DNA from: Deltaproteobacteria bacterium
GTDB lineage: Bacteria > UBA10199 > SPLOWO2-01-44-7
NCBI GenBank assembly: GCA_016213065.1
Contig: JACRBV010000062.1
Location: 1 to 43,910 of the forward strand
Reading direction: 5' to 3'
DNA length: 43,910 nt
Positions 35,287 through 42,867 of this stretch are shown in pieces. The translations under genes were made by a program, and so were the position numbers. The notes under the pieces were generated by a model, which was not told the origin of the DNA, did no database searches, and saw only the letters and a program-made list of their open reading frames with translations. Position 1 is the stretch's first letter, and every line of letters starts with the position of its first letter.

Positions 35287-35619
35287 ATGTCGAAAGACAT
35301 GGCGATTGGGAAAACTAAAGAGGAATCAGATGAAAAAGAAACAGCCCTCAAGTTGGGGGATGACTTTCTTGGCGAAGTGTATGTCTGCTTAAAACCCTTA
35401 CAAAAGCAATATCCTCTTTTGTGGATGTTAGTTGAGGATTTTTATCGTGATGTCTTCTTTTCAATGAATGAAGCGAAACAACTGGAAAAGGAAGTTGGTC
35501 ATTTTTTGGCCATCTCACCACGGATTAGCAATGACAGCATCGTTTGGTTGCATATCATTAAAAATCTTTGTCAGGAGACAACTGATAAAGATATGACCCT
35601 ATTTTGTGATGCCGATTAA
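35287..35619 (+). CDS. Putative cognate immunity protein (110 aa, acidic)
   Basis: The start lies 7 nt after the toxin stop. The protein is small, acidic and has no signal peptide. Assignment is positional inference only. Confidence 0.5.
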   Translation: MSKDMAIGKTKEESDEKETALKLGDDFLGEVYVCLKPLQKQYPLLWMLVEDFYRDVFFSMNEAKQLEKEVGHFLAISPRISNDSIVWLHIIKNLCQETTDKDMTLFCDAD

Positions 35620-35624
35620 TTTGT

Positions 35625-35684
35625 GGCATAGTGGAATTCATCAGAACGTCAGGGGAAGTTGTTACTCAATTTCTTCAAAAGTGA
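35625..35684 (+). pseudogene. 3'-terminal remnant of a second, related toxin gene
   Basis: Translates as GIVEFIRTSGEVVTQFLQK*, compared with GRVILDPSSGEVITQFPQK* in the intact cassette. Seven nt later comes ATGTCAAAG (MSK...), mirroring MSKD of the immunity gene, but this ORF stops after 10 codons. Confidence 0.5.
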
Positions 35685-35740
35685 GATAGTCATGTCAAAG
35701 GGTTTATTATACATAACGTCATAAGTAATTGCGCATAGAT

Positions 35741-35805
35741 GTCATTCTGAGCGAAGCGAATGTGTTCAGGATGACAACCATGAAAAACGCATTTTCCACC
35801 ACTCC
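35741..35805. repeat. Half MITE-like copy (right hairpin plus right TIR)
   Basis: 65 nt identical by eye to 5246-5310. No left TIR is present. Confidence 0.85.
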
Positions 35806-35884
35806 CCTGATGCAAAAGACTTGTTTGTAAAACTCAAAGAAAAAACGCACTGGAAAAATATGAAGTGATCCAAAGTGCAACAAA

Positions 35885-37012
35885 ATGATTGAGCTCCCCT
35901 CCTCAAAAAGCATTACTCATCGCGCGTTGATTTGTGCCGCGTTGGCCTCTGGTAAAAGTGTGATTTTGAATCCGCTTGTTTGTGATGATACGATGACAAC
36001 GTGTGATGTGCTGGAAAAACTGGGGATTCAGATTGAAAAATCTGCACAGACTTGGGTTGTGCGTGGTGGCAATTGGATACGGGAACTGGATTCCCGCTTT
36101 CGCGGGAATGACAAATCAGGGATTTCTAGAACTGTTCTAAACTGCAACGAATCGGGGACGACGTGGCGCTTTATCACGGCGCTAACCTCTTTTTTAAAAA
36201 TTCCGTGTGAAATTACCGGAAAAGAATCACTCCTTCAAAGACCCATCAAACCCTTATTGGAAGCTCTTCAGTGCGCCGATGAAACAATTTTTCTTAATGG
36301 AAATGTCAGTTCCCAATTTCTCTCGGGCGTTTTGCTCGTGGCGCCTCTGTCCGATAAACCTCTTACAATTAAACTCACCACACCGCTTGTTTCAAAACCT
36401 TATGTGGAGTTGACCCTTGATGTGCAGAAAAAATTTGGAATAAAAATTAGAACCAAAAAAAATTTCTCAGATTTTTATATAACACCGCAAAAATATCAAC
36501 CCACGAAAATGGAGATTGAAAAAGACTGGTCGTCCGCCGCATTTTTTATTGCCGCGGGTCTTTTGTCAAAACCTCTCACACTGACAAATCTTAATCCGAA
36601 AAGTTTGCAGGCAGACCGCGCAATTGAAACCATTGCAAAGGAGATGGGGGGGGAACTGGAGTGGAACGGAAATGATCTGAATATTTTTCCCTCAAAACTG
36701 CGGGCGATCGAATGGGATATCAAAGATTCCCCCGATCTTTTTCCGATTGTTTCTGTATTGAATGCGTGCGCGGAGGGAAAAGGCAAACTCACAGGCATTG
36801 AAAATCTGAAATTTAAAGAATCCAACCGATTGAAAACAATGCAAAAACTTTTAAAAAACCCGAACGTCATTGATTCAACAGACCACCGCATCATCATGGC
36901 TGGCGCGGTTCTGGGGTTGGCGCACAAACAAACACCCAAAATCCTGCACCCTTCATGCGTCTCCAAATCCTTTCCCAATTTTTGGACGGCCTTCGACAAG
37001 ATTAGAGCGTAA
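35885..37012 (+). CDS. aroA: 3-phosphoshikimate 1-carboxyvinyltransferase (EPSP synthase), short form, carrying an in-frame repeat insertion
   Basis: LPSSKSITHRAL, NESGTTWRF, KESNR, and DHRIIMAG...SKSFPNFW signatures. 375 aa. Confidence 0.85.
   Translation: MIELPSSKSITHRALICAALASGKSVILNPLVCDDTMTTCDVLEKLGIQIEKSAQTWVVRGGNWIRELDSRFRGNDKSGISRTVLNCNESGTTWRFITALTSFLKIPCEITGKESLLQRPIKPLLEALQCADETIFLNGNVSSQFLSGVLLVAPLSDKPLTIKLTTPLVSKPYVELTLDVQKKFGIKIRTKKNFSDFYITPQKYQPTKMEIEKDWSSAAFFIAAGLLSKPLTLTNLNPKSLQADRAIETIAKEMGGELEWNGNDLNIFPSKLRAIEWDIKDSPDLFPIVSVLNACAEGKGKLTGIENLKFKESNRLKTMQKLLKNPNVIDSTDHRIIMAGAVLGLAHKQTPKILHPSCVSKSFPNFWTAFDKIRA
36086..36112. repeat. Single 27-nt hairpin unit of the repeat family inside aroA
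   Basis: CTGGATTCCCGCTTTCGCGGGAATGAC. It encodes LDSRFRGND and is 9 codons long, so the reading frame is kept. Confidence 0.85.
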
Positions 37013-37187
37013 TATCTCTATCCATCACGGTCTTACGGCCTTCTTGTTTGGCGTGTTCGATCGCCTGATCGATTGTCTTCTTCAACACCGCAGTTAAGGC
37101 TTCGAAAGAATTTCCCGAAGTATTCATGTCGGCTTTTTCTTTGATGTACTTTTTGACCTTGGAGGCCACAACCAGAACTTCACTCAT
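37002..37187 (-). CDS. Bacterial histone-fold protein (singlet, Bd0055/HBb-like)
   Basis: 61 aa: MSEVLVVASKVKKYIKEKADMNTSGNSFEALTAVLKKTIDQAIEHAKQEGRKTVMDRDITL. It has the GRKTV..RDI signature of the histone L2/alpha3. AAGGAG lies 7 nt upstream. The 3' end overlaps aroA by 11 nt. Confidence 0.7.
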   Translation of the reverse strand: MSEVLVVASKVKKYIKEKADMNTSGNSFEALTAVLKKTIDQAIEHAKQEGRKTVMDRDITL

Positions 37188-37198
37188 GATAAGCTCCT

Positions 37199-38119
37199 TT
37201 ATAAAAGGACCGTTTCGAAGTGGCTCAACACTTTGAACCCCTGAAAGCGATCATTAATTTCTTGTTTGGTTAATTGACGCATTCTATCCAATCCAAAATC
37301 TTCCACTTGAAAACTGGCCATCACGGAGCCGCAAATCATGGCTCTCTTCAAGGCGGTTTCACTCAGATCACCATTTTGACTGGCAAGATAGCCCATGAAA
37401 CCACCCGCAAAACTGTCTCCGGCACCAGTCGGATCTTTCAAATCTTCCAGCGGATAAGCCGGCGCGGAAAAAACAGATTCCCCGGTAAACAGCAAGGCAC
37501 CGTATTCACCGCGTTTGATCACAAGAGTTTTTGGGCCCCAACTGCGAATCAATTTGGCGGCCTTCACCAAATTGCGTTCCCCGGCCAATTGGCGGGCTTC
37601 CCCTTCGTTGATCAACAGAATATTCACCTTTGCGAGAGTCTTTTTTAATTCACTTCGTTTGCCGCTGATCCAAAAATTCATGGTGTCCATTGCCACAAAT
37701 TTGGGAGTCTGAACCTGTTCCAAAACCTTGAGCTGTAATTCGGGATCAATGTTGGCCAAAAAGACATGAGGAGATTTTTGAAAATGAGCAGGCAAGGACG
37801 GATTAAACTGGGCGAAAACATTAAGATGCGTTTCCAAAGTCTGGGCTTCGTTCAAATCAAAACCATAGCGCCCTTTCCAATGAAATGTTTTTCCTTCGGG
37901 CTGAATTTGAAGACCTGTGAAATCAACACCGCGGGCTCTTAAAAAGGTGATTTCCCGTTCATCAAAATCGCCCCCCACAACGCCGACTAATTGTACCGGA
38001 GTAAAAAAAGAGGCGGAAGCCGAAAAGTGTGTAGCGGCACCGCCCAGAACCCGATCCTTTTTTCCGAAGGGGGTTTCTAAGTCATCATACGCAACAGATC
38101 CAACGACAAGAATACTCAT
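37199..38119 (-). CDS. PfkB-family carbohydrate/nucleoside kinase
   Basis: N-terminal GG..N-type region and C-terminal DPTGAGDSFAGGF motif. 306 aa. Confidence 0.85.
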   Translation of the reverse strand: MSILVVGSVAYDDLETPFGKKDRVLGGAATHFSASASFFTPVQLVGVVGGDFDEREITFLRARGVDFTGLQIQPEGKTFHWKGRYGFDLNEAQTLETHLNVFAQFNPSLPAHFQKSPHVFLANIDPELQLKVLEQVQTPKFVAMDTMNFWISGKRSELKKTLAKVNILLINEGEARQLAGERNLVKAAKLIRSWGPKTLVIKRGEYGALLFTGESVFSAPAYPLEDLKDPTGAGDSFAGGFMGYLASQNGDLSETALKRAMICGSVMASFQVEDFGLDRMRQLTKQEINDRFQGFKVLSHFETVLL

Positions 38120-38144
38120 AGTGAGGAGGCACCAAAAACGATTT

Positions 38145-39182
38145 TCAAGGCGTTGTCAAGGGGACTTGTTTTAGGACTAAAACACGGACCTCTCTTGGAA
38201 GCGAAGTTTCTTTCCATGTAACGACACTTCCATGATAAAAAAGATAACTATCCAGATTTTTATCTCTAAAGTAAAACTCATCCCCTACATAAACTCCTCG
38301 GACATCCACCGCGGGTTCCTTTTTCGTTATAATATCCAACGCTTTAATAACTTTAACCAAGACACCATAAGAAATTTTTCCTGCGTTGTATTGTTCAAGT
38401 ACGGCTTCCAAGACATTCAGCGCCAAAATATTTTGGGAATCCTGAATTCGCTGAACCGTCTTTTTCCGCCACAGTTTAAACCAAAAACCGACAAATCCTT
38501 TATCAGAAAGGAGATCTAATTCTTCACGAATTTTTGCAACTTCACCCAAATACCGGCTGGAATAATTTCCAAAATCAAATTTTTGCCACACGGCCTTTCC
38601 ATGAATATTTGTAATCAAAATCATTTCTGGTGTGCTCGTTTCTGTTCTCACTCTTCTAGCCAATTCTATCTCAAGAGCTTCCCGGGAAGTGGCCACGGCA
38701 AATCGTTGCCCACCCCTGTAAGCCACAGCGGCGGAAAGTTTCGGGTGTTGCGTACGCAAAGATATTCGATCTTTATCCTCTTTATCCATCGCCTCTGTTA
38801 CTCCTACAACACTTCCTGTCGACGGGCTTACCATGCGACCAACGCCAAAGGCCGTAGCCACAACAGCTCGCGCATCTGGATTAAATCGTTGAGTACCCGG
38901 ACTAACCTGAGCTCGCACCAATAACTCCTGAATGCGTGTAGCATCTCGACGGACAAGTTCGTAAACAGTTATCTTGAATTCTCTCCGATCCAGAACACCT
39001 GCCGGGTCTCGAAGCAGAGCAAGAGCCGAAGACAAATCAGTCAAGCCTTCATGATCAAAAAGACCTTCAAGGATAGAAAGTTGCACTTCTGGCAAACTGC
39101 CATCCACAAGAAGATCTGTGAAACCAGCAGGATTGGTAAATGAGGGGAAGGGCGCTACTAAAGCTGAGGGGTCGATAGCCAT
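38145..39182 (-). CDS. Hypothetical protein, 345 aa, no recognisable domain
   Basis: Long ORF with ordinary amino-acid composition, tightly following the divergent promoter region. No motif was recognised. Confidence 0.55.
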   Translation of the reverse strand: MAIDPSALVAPFPSFTNPAGFTDLLVDGSLPEVQLSILEGLFDHEGLTDLSSALALLRDPAGVLDRREFKITVYELVRRDATRIQELLVRAQVSPGTQRFNPDARAVVATAFGVGRMVSPSTGSVVGVTEAMDKEDKDRISLRTQHPKLSAAVAYRGGQRFAVATSREALEIELARRVRTETSTPEMILITNIHGKAVWQKFDFGNYSSRYLGEVAKIREELDLLSDKGFVGFWFKLWRKKTVQRIQDSQNILALNVLEAVLEQYNAGKISYGVLVKVIKALDIITKKEPAVDVRGVYVGDEFYFRDKNLDSYLFYHGSVVTWKETSLPREVRVLVLKQVPLTTP

Positions 39183-39328
39183 TTTTACTCTCCTTATTTA
39201 TTCATTACAAAAACACGTCACAACCGCCATAGTTATCGTCGCCCCCCAAAAAAGGTTGCTAACTTTTTTTAAAAATTGAAGCAACCTTTTTGATGTGGTT
39301 GCCGAAGACTCTGTAGATGAATACAACT

Positions 39329-39352
39329 CTTTCTTTCTTTCTTTCTTTCTTT
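39329..39352. repeat. Tetranucleotide microsatellite (CTTT)6
   Basis: A perfect six-unit tract in the 237-nt divergent intergenic region. Confidence 0.95.
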
Positions 39353-39419
39353 CACCACTTTTGAGGCCTTTCAAGGCTCTATTGCCGCGGGATGGGGCGA
39401 GAATACCGGCGGCATTCTG

Positions 39420-40607
39420 ATGGAAATTCAAGCGGTACTTGTTGACTCCGGTGTCGGCAACAGCACCATCAACACTTTTTCTGAACGCCTTCAACAATAT
39501 ACCCAAGCGGCTCTTCGCCAGAACGGCGAAGCACAGAGACAAATTTTACGAAGTATAGCAGAGGGATTTTCACAGGCTCATTATGAACAAGCCCGCCCCC
39601 GTCTTTTGGCTGTTTTCCCCGGAACCCACCGGTTTGCCGAGTCAGCACAAGACGCTTTGGACTCGCTGATAACTCTGCCACCCGACAGCAAGCTAATGCA
39701 AATTCTGGAAAGTTTTGATGACGGCAATTATACCCTTCGCTTATACCTGTTCCATCTAAGGGCGAAAAAAGCGCTCACAGAGAACCTTGACCAATTGGAA
39801 TTCTTAAAACAATGCGGCATTGAAAAATTTGAAACGCAGGCCGATGTATTCCGGAAAAAACTGGAAGCTCTGGCAGACCCTGCAAAATTGAAAAGCAGGT
39901 TACCCGAAAAACTTGCGGAGATACAAAAAATCGAAAGAGCTATCGAAGATTTGAATACAAAAGAGTTGAATAGAAGAAGACCCGTCGTAGCAAAAAGAAA
40001 ACCCGCTCCAACTCCCCGCGAGAAAAAACCAAAGGCAAGAGTTGCAACTCCTCCGCCCATTCTGCAACCACCCGTTTCGCAACTTATTCGGGAACTTTTT
40101 GTTTCAGACAATCTCCCCTCCGCCTTACTGCGAGCGTCAACAACGGGCGAAAAGTGGAACACAGTAGAACAAAAAGTCCGCGATATGAGCAAGACTCATT
40201 ATCGAGCAGGTGCTTTTTTTAACAGGGTTCTCAGGGAAGGCAAAGTAAACGGCTGTCTGGCACCAGAGGAAGCATGGGCGCTTTTGGAAAAATATGAAAC
40301 GGCATTGCCCGAAGGAAAAAGCGACGAACTCAACTTATCCTTCGAGCGAATTGTCTATTACCGGGCTCTCACAATAAGAGGCAGGGGACTGATTGAAGAT
40401 GTTATTAAAATGTTGCCAAGGTTCACAACAGGAGAACTATCACTTATTAAGCAACTACGTGATGAATTGTCGGCCACCCTCAAAACGGAAGAGGTTCGCG
40501 ACATCAGAGCGGCTGTCATCAAACTCGAGTTCGCAATAAGAAATCTTGAGGGAAAGAGTGCCGTGTTTGTCAACGGACACTGGAAGTTCTCTCGATTTTC
40601 CAATTAA
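39420..40607 (+). CDS. Hypothetical protein, 395 aa, helical with a central K/R/P-rich linker
   Basis: Long ORF. The linker is RRRPVVAKRKPAPTPREKKPKARVATPPP. No known domain was recognised. Confidence 0.55.
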   Translation: MEIQAVLVDSGVGNSTINTFSERLQQYTQAALRQNGEAQRQILRSIAEGFSQAHYEQARPRLLAVFPGTHRFAESAQDALDSLITLPPDSKLMQILESFDDGNYTLRLYLFHLRAKKALTENLDQLEFLKQCGIEKFETQADVFRKKLEALADPAKLKSRLPEKLAEIQKIERAIEDLNTKELNRRRPVVAKRKPAPTPREKKPKARVATPPPILQPPVSQLIRELFVSDNLPSALLRASTTGEKWNTVEQKVRDMSKTHYRAGAFFNRVLREGKVNGCLAPEEAWALLEKYETALPEGKSDELNLSFERIVYYRALTIRGRGLIEDVIKMLPRFTTGELSLIKQLRDELSATLKTEEVRDIRAAVIKLEFAIRNLEGKSAVFVNGHWKFSRFSN

Positions 40608-40608
40608 T

Positions 40609-40743
40609 GGAGTGGTGAAAAATGTCATTCCGGCGAAGCTTGTCCCTGCAGGCAGTAAGCAGGGAGCCGGAATCCAGTCGTTGTGATAATTTCTGGATCC
40701 CTGCCTTCGCAGGGATGACAAAAAATGCATTTTTCACCATTCC
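40609..40743. mobile_element. Full-length MITE-like element (135 bp) with 16-bp TIRs and a perfect 7-bp target-site duplication
   Basis: GGAGTGGTGAAAAATG (40609-24) and CATTTTTCACCATTCC (40728-43) match 15/16 as an inverted repeat. AATTAAT lies on both flanks (40602-08 and 40744-50). Nested hairpins lie inside. Confidence 0.8.
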
Positions 40744-40745
40744 AA

Positions 40746-42269
40746 TTAATGCACCAAACGGGTTTTGGAACTGGGCTCTTTCTTTTCTTCCCCCGCAGTG
40801 GGCATGGCTGGGGATTCTTTGAAACTCATATAAGTATGGACCTGATTGCGGCCCTTGTCTTTCGCGTCGTAGAGGGCGATGTCGGCGTGGTCGATCAAAT
40901 CATCCACCTCCCGCACATCATCGGGATAGGAGGCGACACCCACGCTGATTGTGATCGGGTTGATTTTTTCCTGAACAAGATGACGCAATTTTTCCGCCAC
41001 GGCAATTGCTCCGCGTTTGTCTGTGTCGGGAAGTAAAATAATAAATTCTTCGCCGCCAAAACGCGCCACCGTATCTACTTCGCGTAAGTTAACGTTGAGA
41101 AGTTCGCCTAATTTTTTCAAAATGATATCTCCCTCGGGATGCCCGTGCGTGTCGTTATAACGTTTGAAATAATCCACGTCGATCATTAAAAGAGACAAGT
41201 CCCGTTTGAAACGCGCCGCTCTTTTCCATTCCAACTGTACAACCTGTCCGAAATGCCTGCGGTTAAAAACACCGGTCAGTTCATCGGTCACGGAAAGTTC
41301 GCGAGTCTGCGTATAGAGACGGGCGTTGGCAATCGACAGCGCAATCTGATTTGTCACAAGGGTCAGCATTTTTACGTCCGCGCCACTGAAAGCATGCGTG
41401 CGCGTGCGACCAAAATTGGCAACCCCCAGCGTTTCTCCTTTGTATTTTAAAGGAATAGACAAAATGGATCCTATCAAAGCGGCATTTCTTTTTGTAAATC
41501 TCATTGAAGTGGTGACATCACCCACATAAATTGTTTTTCCGGAGTGCATCACTTCGCCCGCAACCCCTTCCTTGTTTTTCAACGTGAGTTCCATCACGTG
41601 CTTCATGTCGGCAAAACCAAACGCCGCCCTGATCCTCAGGAGATGATGTTTTTCATCCCACGTCATCAGGGAAAAATTTTCGATGCGAAGTTGTTGTTTT
41701 AAAACATGGGTGACGACTTGATAAAGTTGATCCAGATCGATGGTTTGATTAATTCCTTGTCCAATTTCGTAAAGAGAGGAAAGGTCCTTCACCAGATTTT
41801 CCAAAAGACGGTTTGTCTTTTCAATGAGCCGCCCTTTTTCTTCGAGTCTTTTTTTATATTTCAATTCTTCCTGCGTGATGATGAGCGATTGTTCCACTTC
41901 AATTTTTCTGGCTTGCAGATCGGTGAGTCTGGCCAGCATCCGGTTGAAACTGTGAGCCAAATGTCCCAACTCATCTTCATTATCCACCGGCGCACGAATC
42001 AGAAAATCTCCCTCACCGGCCTCGGCCATAGTCTGTGTGAGTTTTACCAGAGGGCGATCGAGAAAATAATAAGTGGCGATTGTGGCAACACTCACGGAAA
42101 TAAGCAGTTCAATGGCCCAAAAAACAAACCAAAGTTTGACACCCATCACGGGCGTTCTCAAGTTAAGATTAAAATGAAGCGCCACCGCCGTAAGCAAAAG
42201 CAGTGTGATGCAATAACTCACGCCCGCGACAAAAAGGACTTTGATCGGAATGGAAAGTCGGTGCCTCAT
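40746..42269 (-). CDS. Membrane diguanylate cyclase: TM-HAMP-GAF-GGDEF
   Basis: Two TM helices, a HAMP-like linker, a GAF region, and a GGDEF domain with RFGGEEF and the upstream RxxD-like I-site context. Confidence 0.9.
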   Translation of the reverse strand: MRHRLSIPIKVLFVAGVSYCITLLLLTAVALHFNLNLRTPVMGVKLWFVFWAIELLISVSVATIATYYFLDRPLVKLTQTMAEAGEGDFLIRAPVDNEDELGHLAHSFNRMLARLTDLQARKIEVEQSLIITQEELKYKKRLEEKGRLIEKTNRLLENLVKDLSSLYEIGQGINQTIDLDQLYQVVTHVLKQQLRIENFSLMTWDEKHHLLRIRAAFGFADMKHVMELTLKNKEGVAGEVMHSGKTIYVGDVTTSMRFTKRNAALIGSILSIPLKYKGETLGVANFGRTRTHAFSGADVKMLTLVTNQIALSIANARLYTQTRELSVTDELTGVFNRRHFGQVVQLEWKRAARFKRDLSLLMIDVDYFKRYNDTHGHPEGDIILKKLGELLNVNLREVDTVARFGGEEFIILLPDTDKRGAIAVAEKLRHLVQEKINPITISVGVASYPDDVREVDDLIDHADIALYDAKDKGRNQVHTYMSFKESPAMPTAGEEKKEPSSKTRLVH

Positions 42270-42270
42270 G

Positions 42271-42867
42271 TTAATTGGCCCCTATTTTTATCAATAGAAC
42301 GCTCCCGGGACGTGCCATGGTTCTAACTTTTTCACGCTCTTCGCCCGCCATCTTCACAAAACCCAATTCTGTAAGACGGCGAAAAAGCAGGTAATGGGCC
42401 GTGGCGGCAAGATTAACGCTCTCCCCACCGTCTTCATACGTGGCATTTATCTCATCCGCAAACCCTTCAAAAGTCAGTCTTCCGTTAAGAACATTGTTGA
42501 TGCCCATACCCGAAAGATCCGCTCTATGGCGTGCCAACAAAATTGTAGCCACATTCTCCAACCAAGCGCTTCTCTCCTCAGGAGCCGCCTGTTCCATACG
42601 ATCCCCCTCATGGTTAATGAGGGCGTCGGCTAGAAGATCATAATATCTTTTAACACCCGTAAAATGAAAGTCTACCAAACGAAGTATGGCAACTTTTTGA
42701 ATCTCGTCATCCAGTCCGTTTATGCCTTCAAGCAACAGTCTCGCCATTTGGGAATGTGTGCGACCCAAATCCTTAGAAACCGCCATTATTTGTCTCAATG
42801 TACCCCCACGGTAGTACGTGTGAAAAACGGACATGTATAGAAGAATTGCCCGTTGGAGATTTTCCAT
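42271..42867 (-). CDS. Hypothetical protein; probably the C-terminal continuation of the upstream ORF rather than an independent gene
   Basis: The stop is 1 nt before the GGDEF start. ATG 42867 is only 1 nt from GGAGGG. This frame is reachable by a -1 shift at the A8 tract. Confidence 0.5.
   Translation of the reverse strand: MENLQRAILLYMSVFHTYYRGGTLRQIMAVSKDLGRTHSQMARLLLEGINGLDDEIQKVAILRLVDFHFTGVKRYYDLLADALINHEGDRMEQAAPEERSAWLENVATILLARHRADLSGMGINNVLNGRLTFEGFADEINATYEDGGESVNLAATAHYLLFRRLTELGFVKMAGEEREKVRTMARPGSVLLIKIGAN

Noticed and set aside
35885-37012. Calling aroA a pseudogene because of its short length and the repeat insertion.
   Set aside because: The reading frame is uninterrupted, the insertion is exactly 9 codons, and the N- and C-terminal catalytic motifs are present.
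39198-39542. The 114-aa minus-strand ORF spanning the microsatellite (contains ERKKERKKE).
   Set aside because: It is low complexity generated by the (CTTT)6 tract, overlaps the start of the 395-aa ORF and has no SD. It is treated as non-coding.
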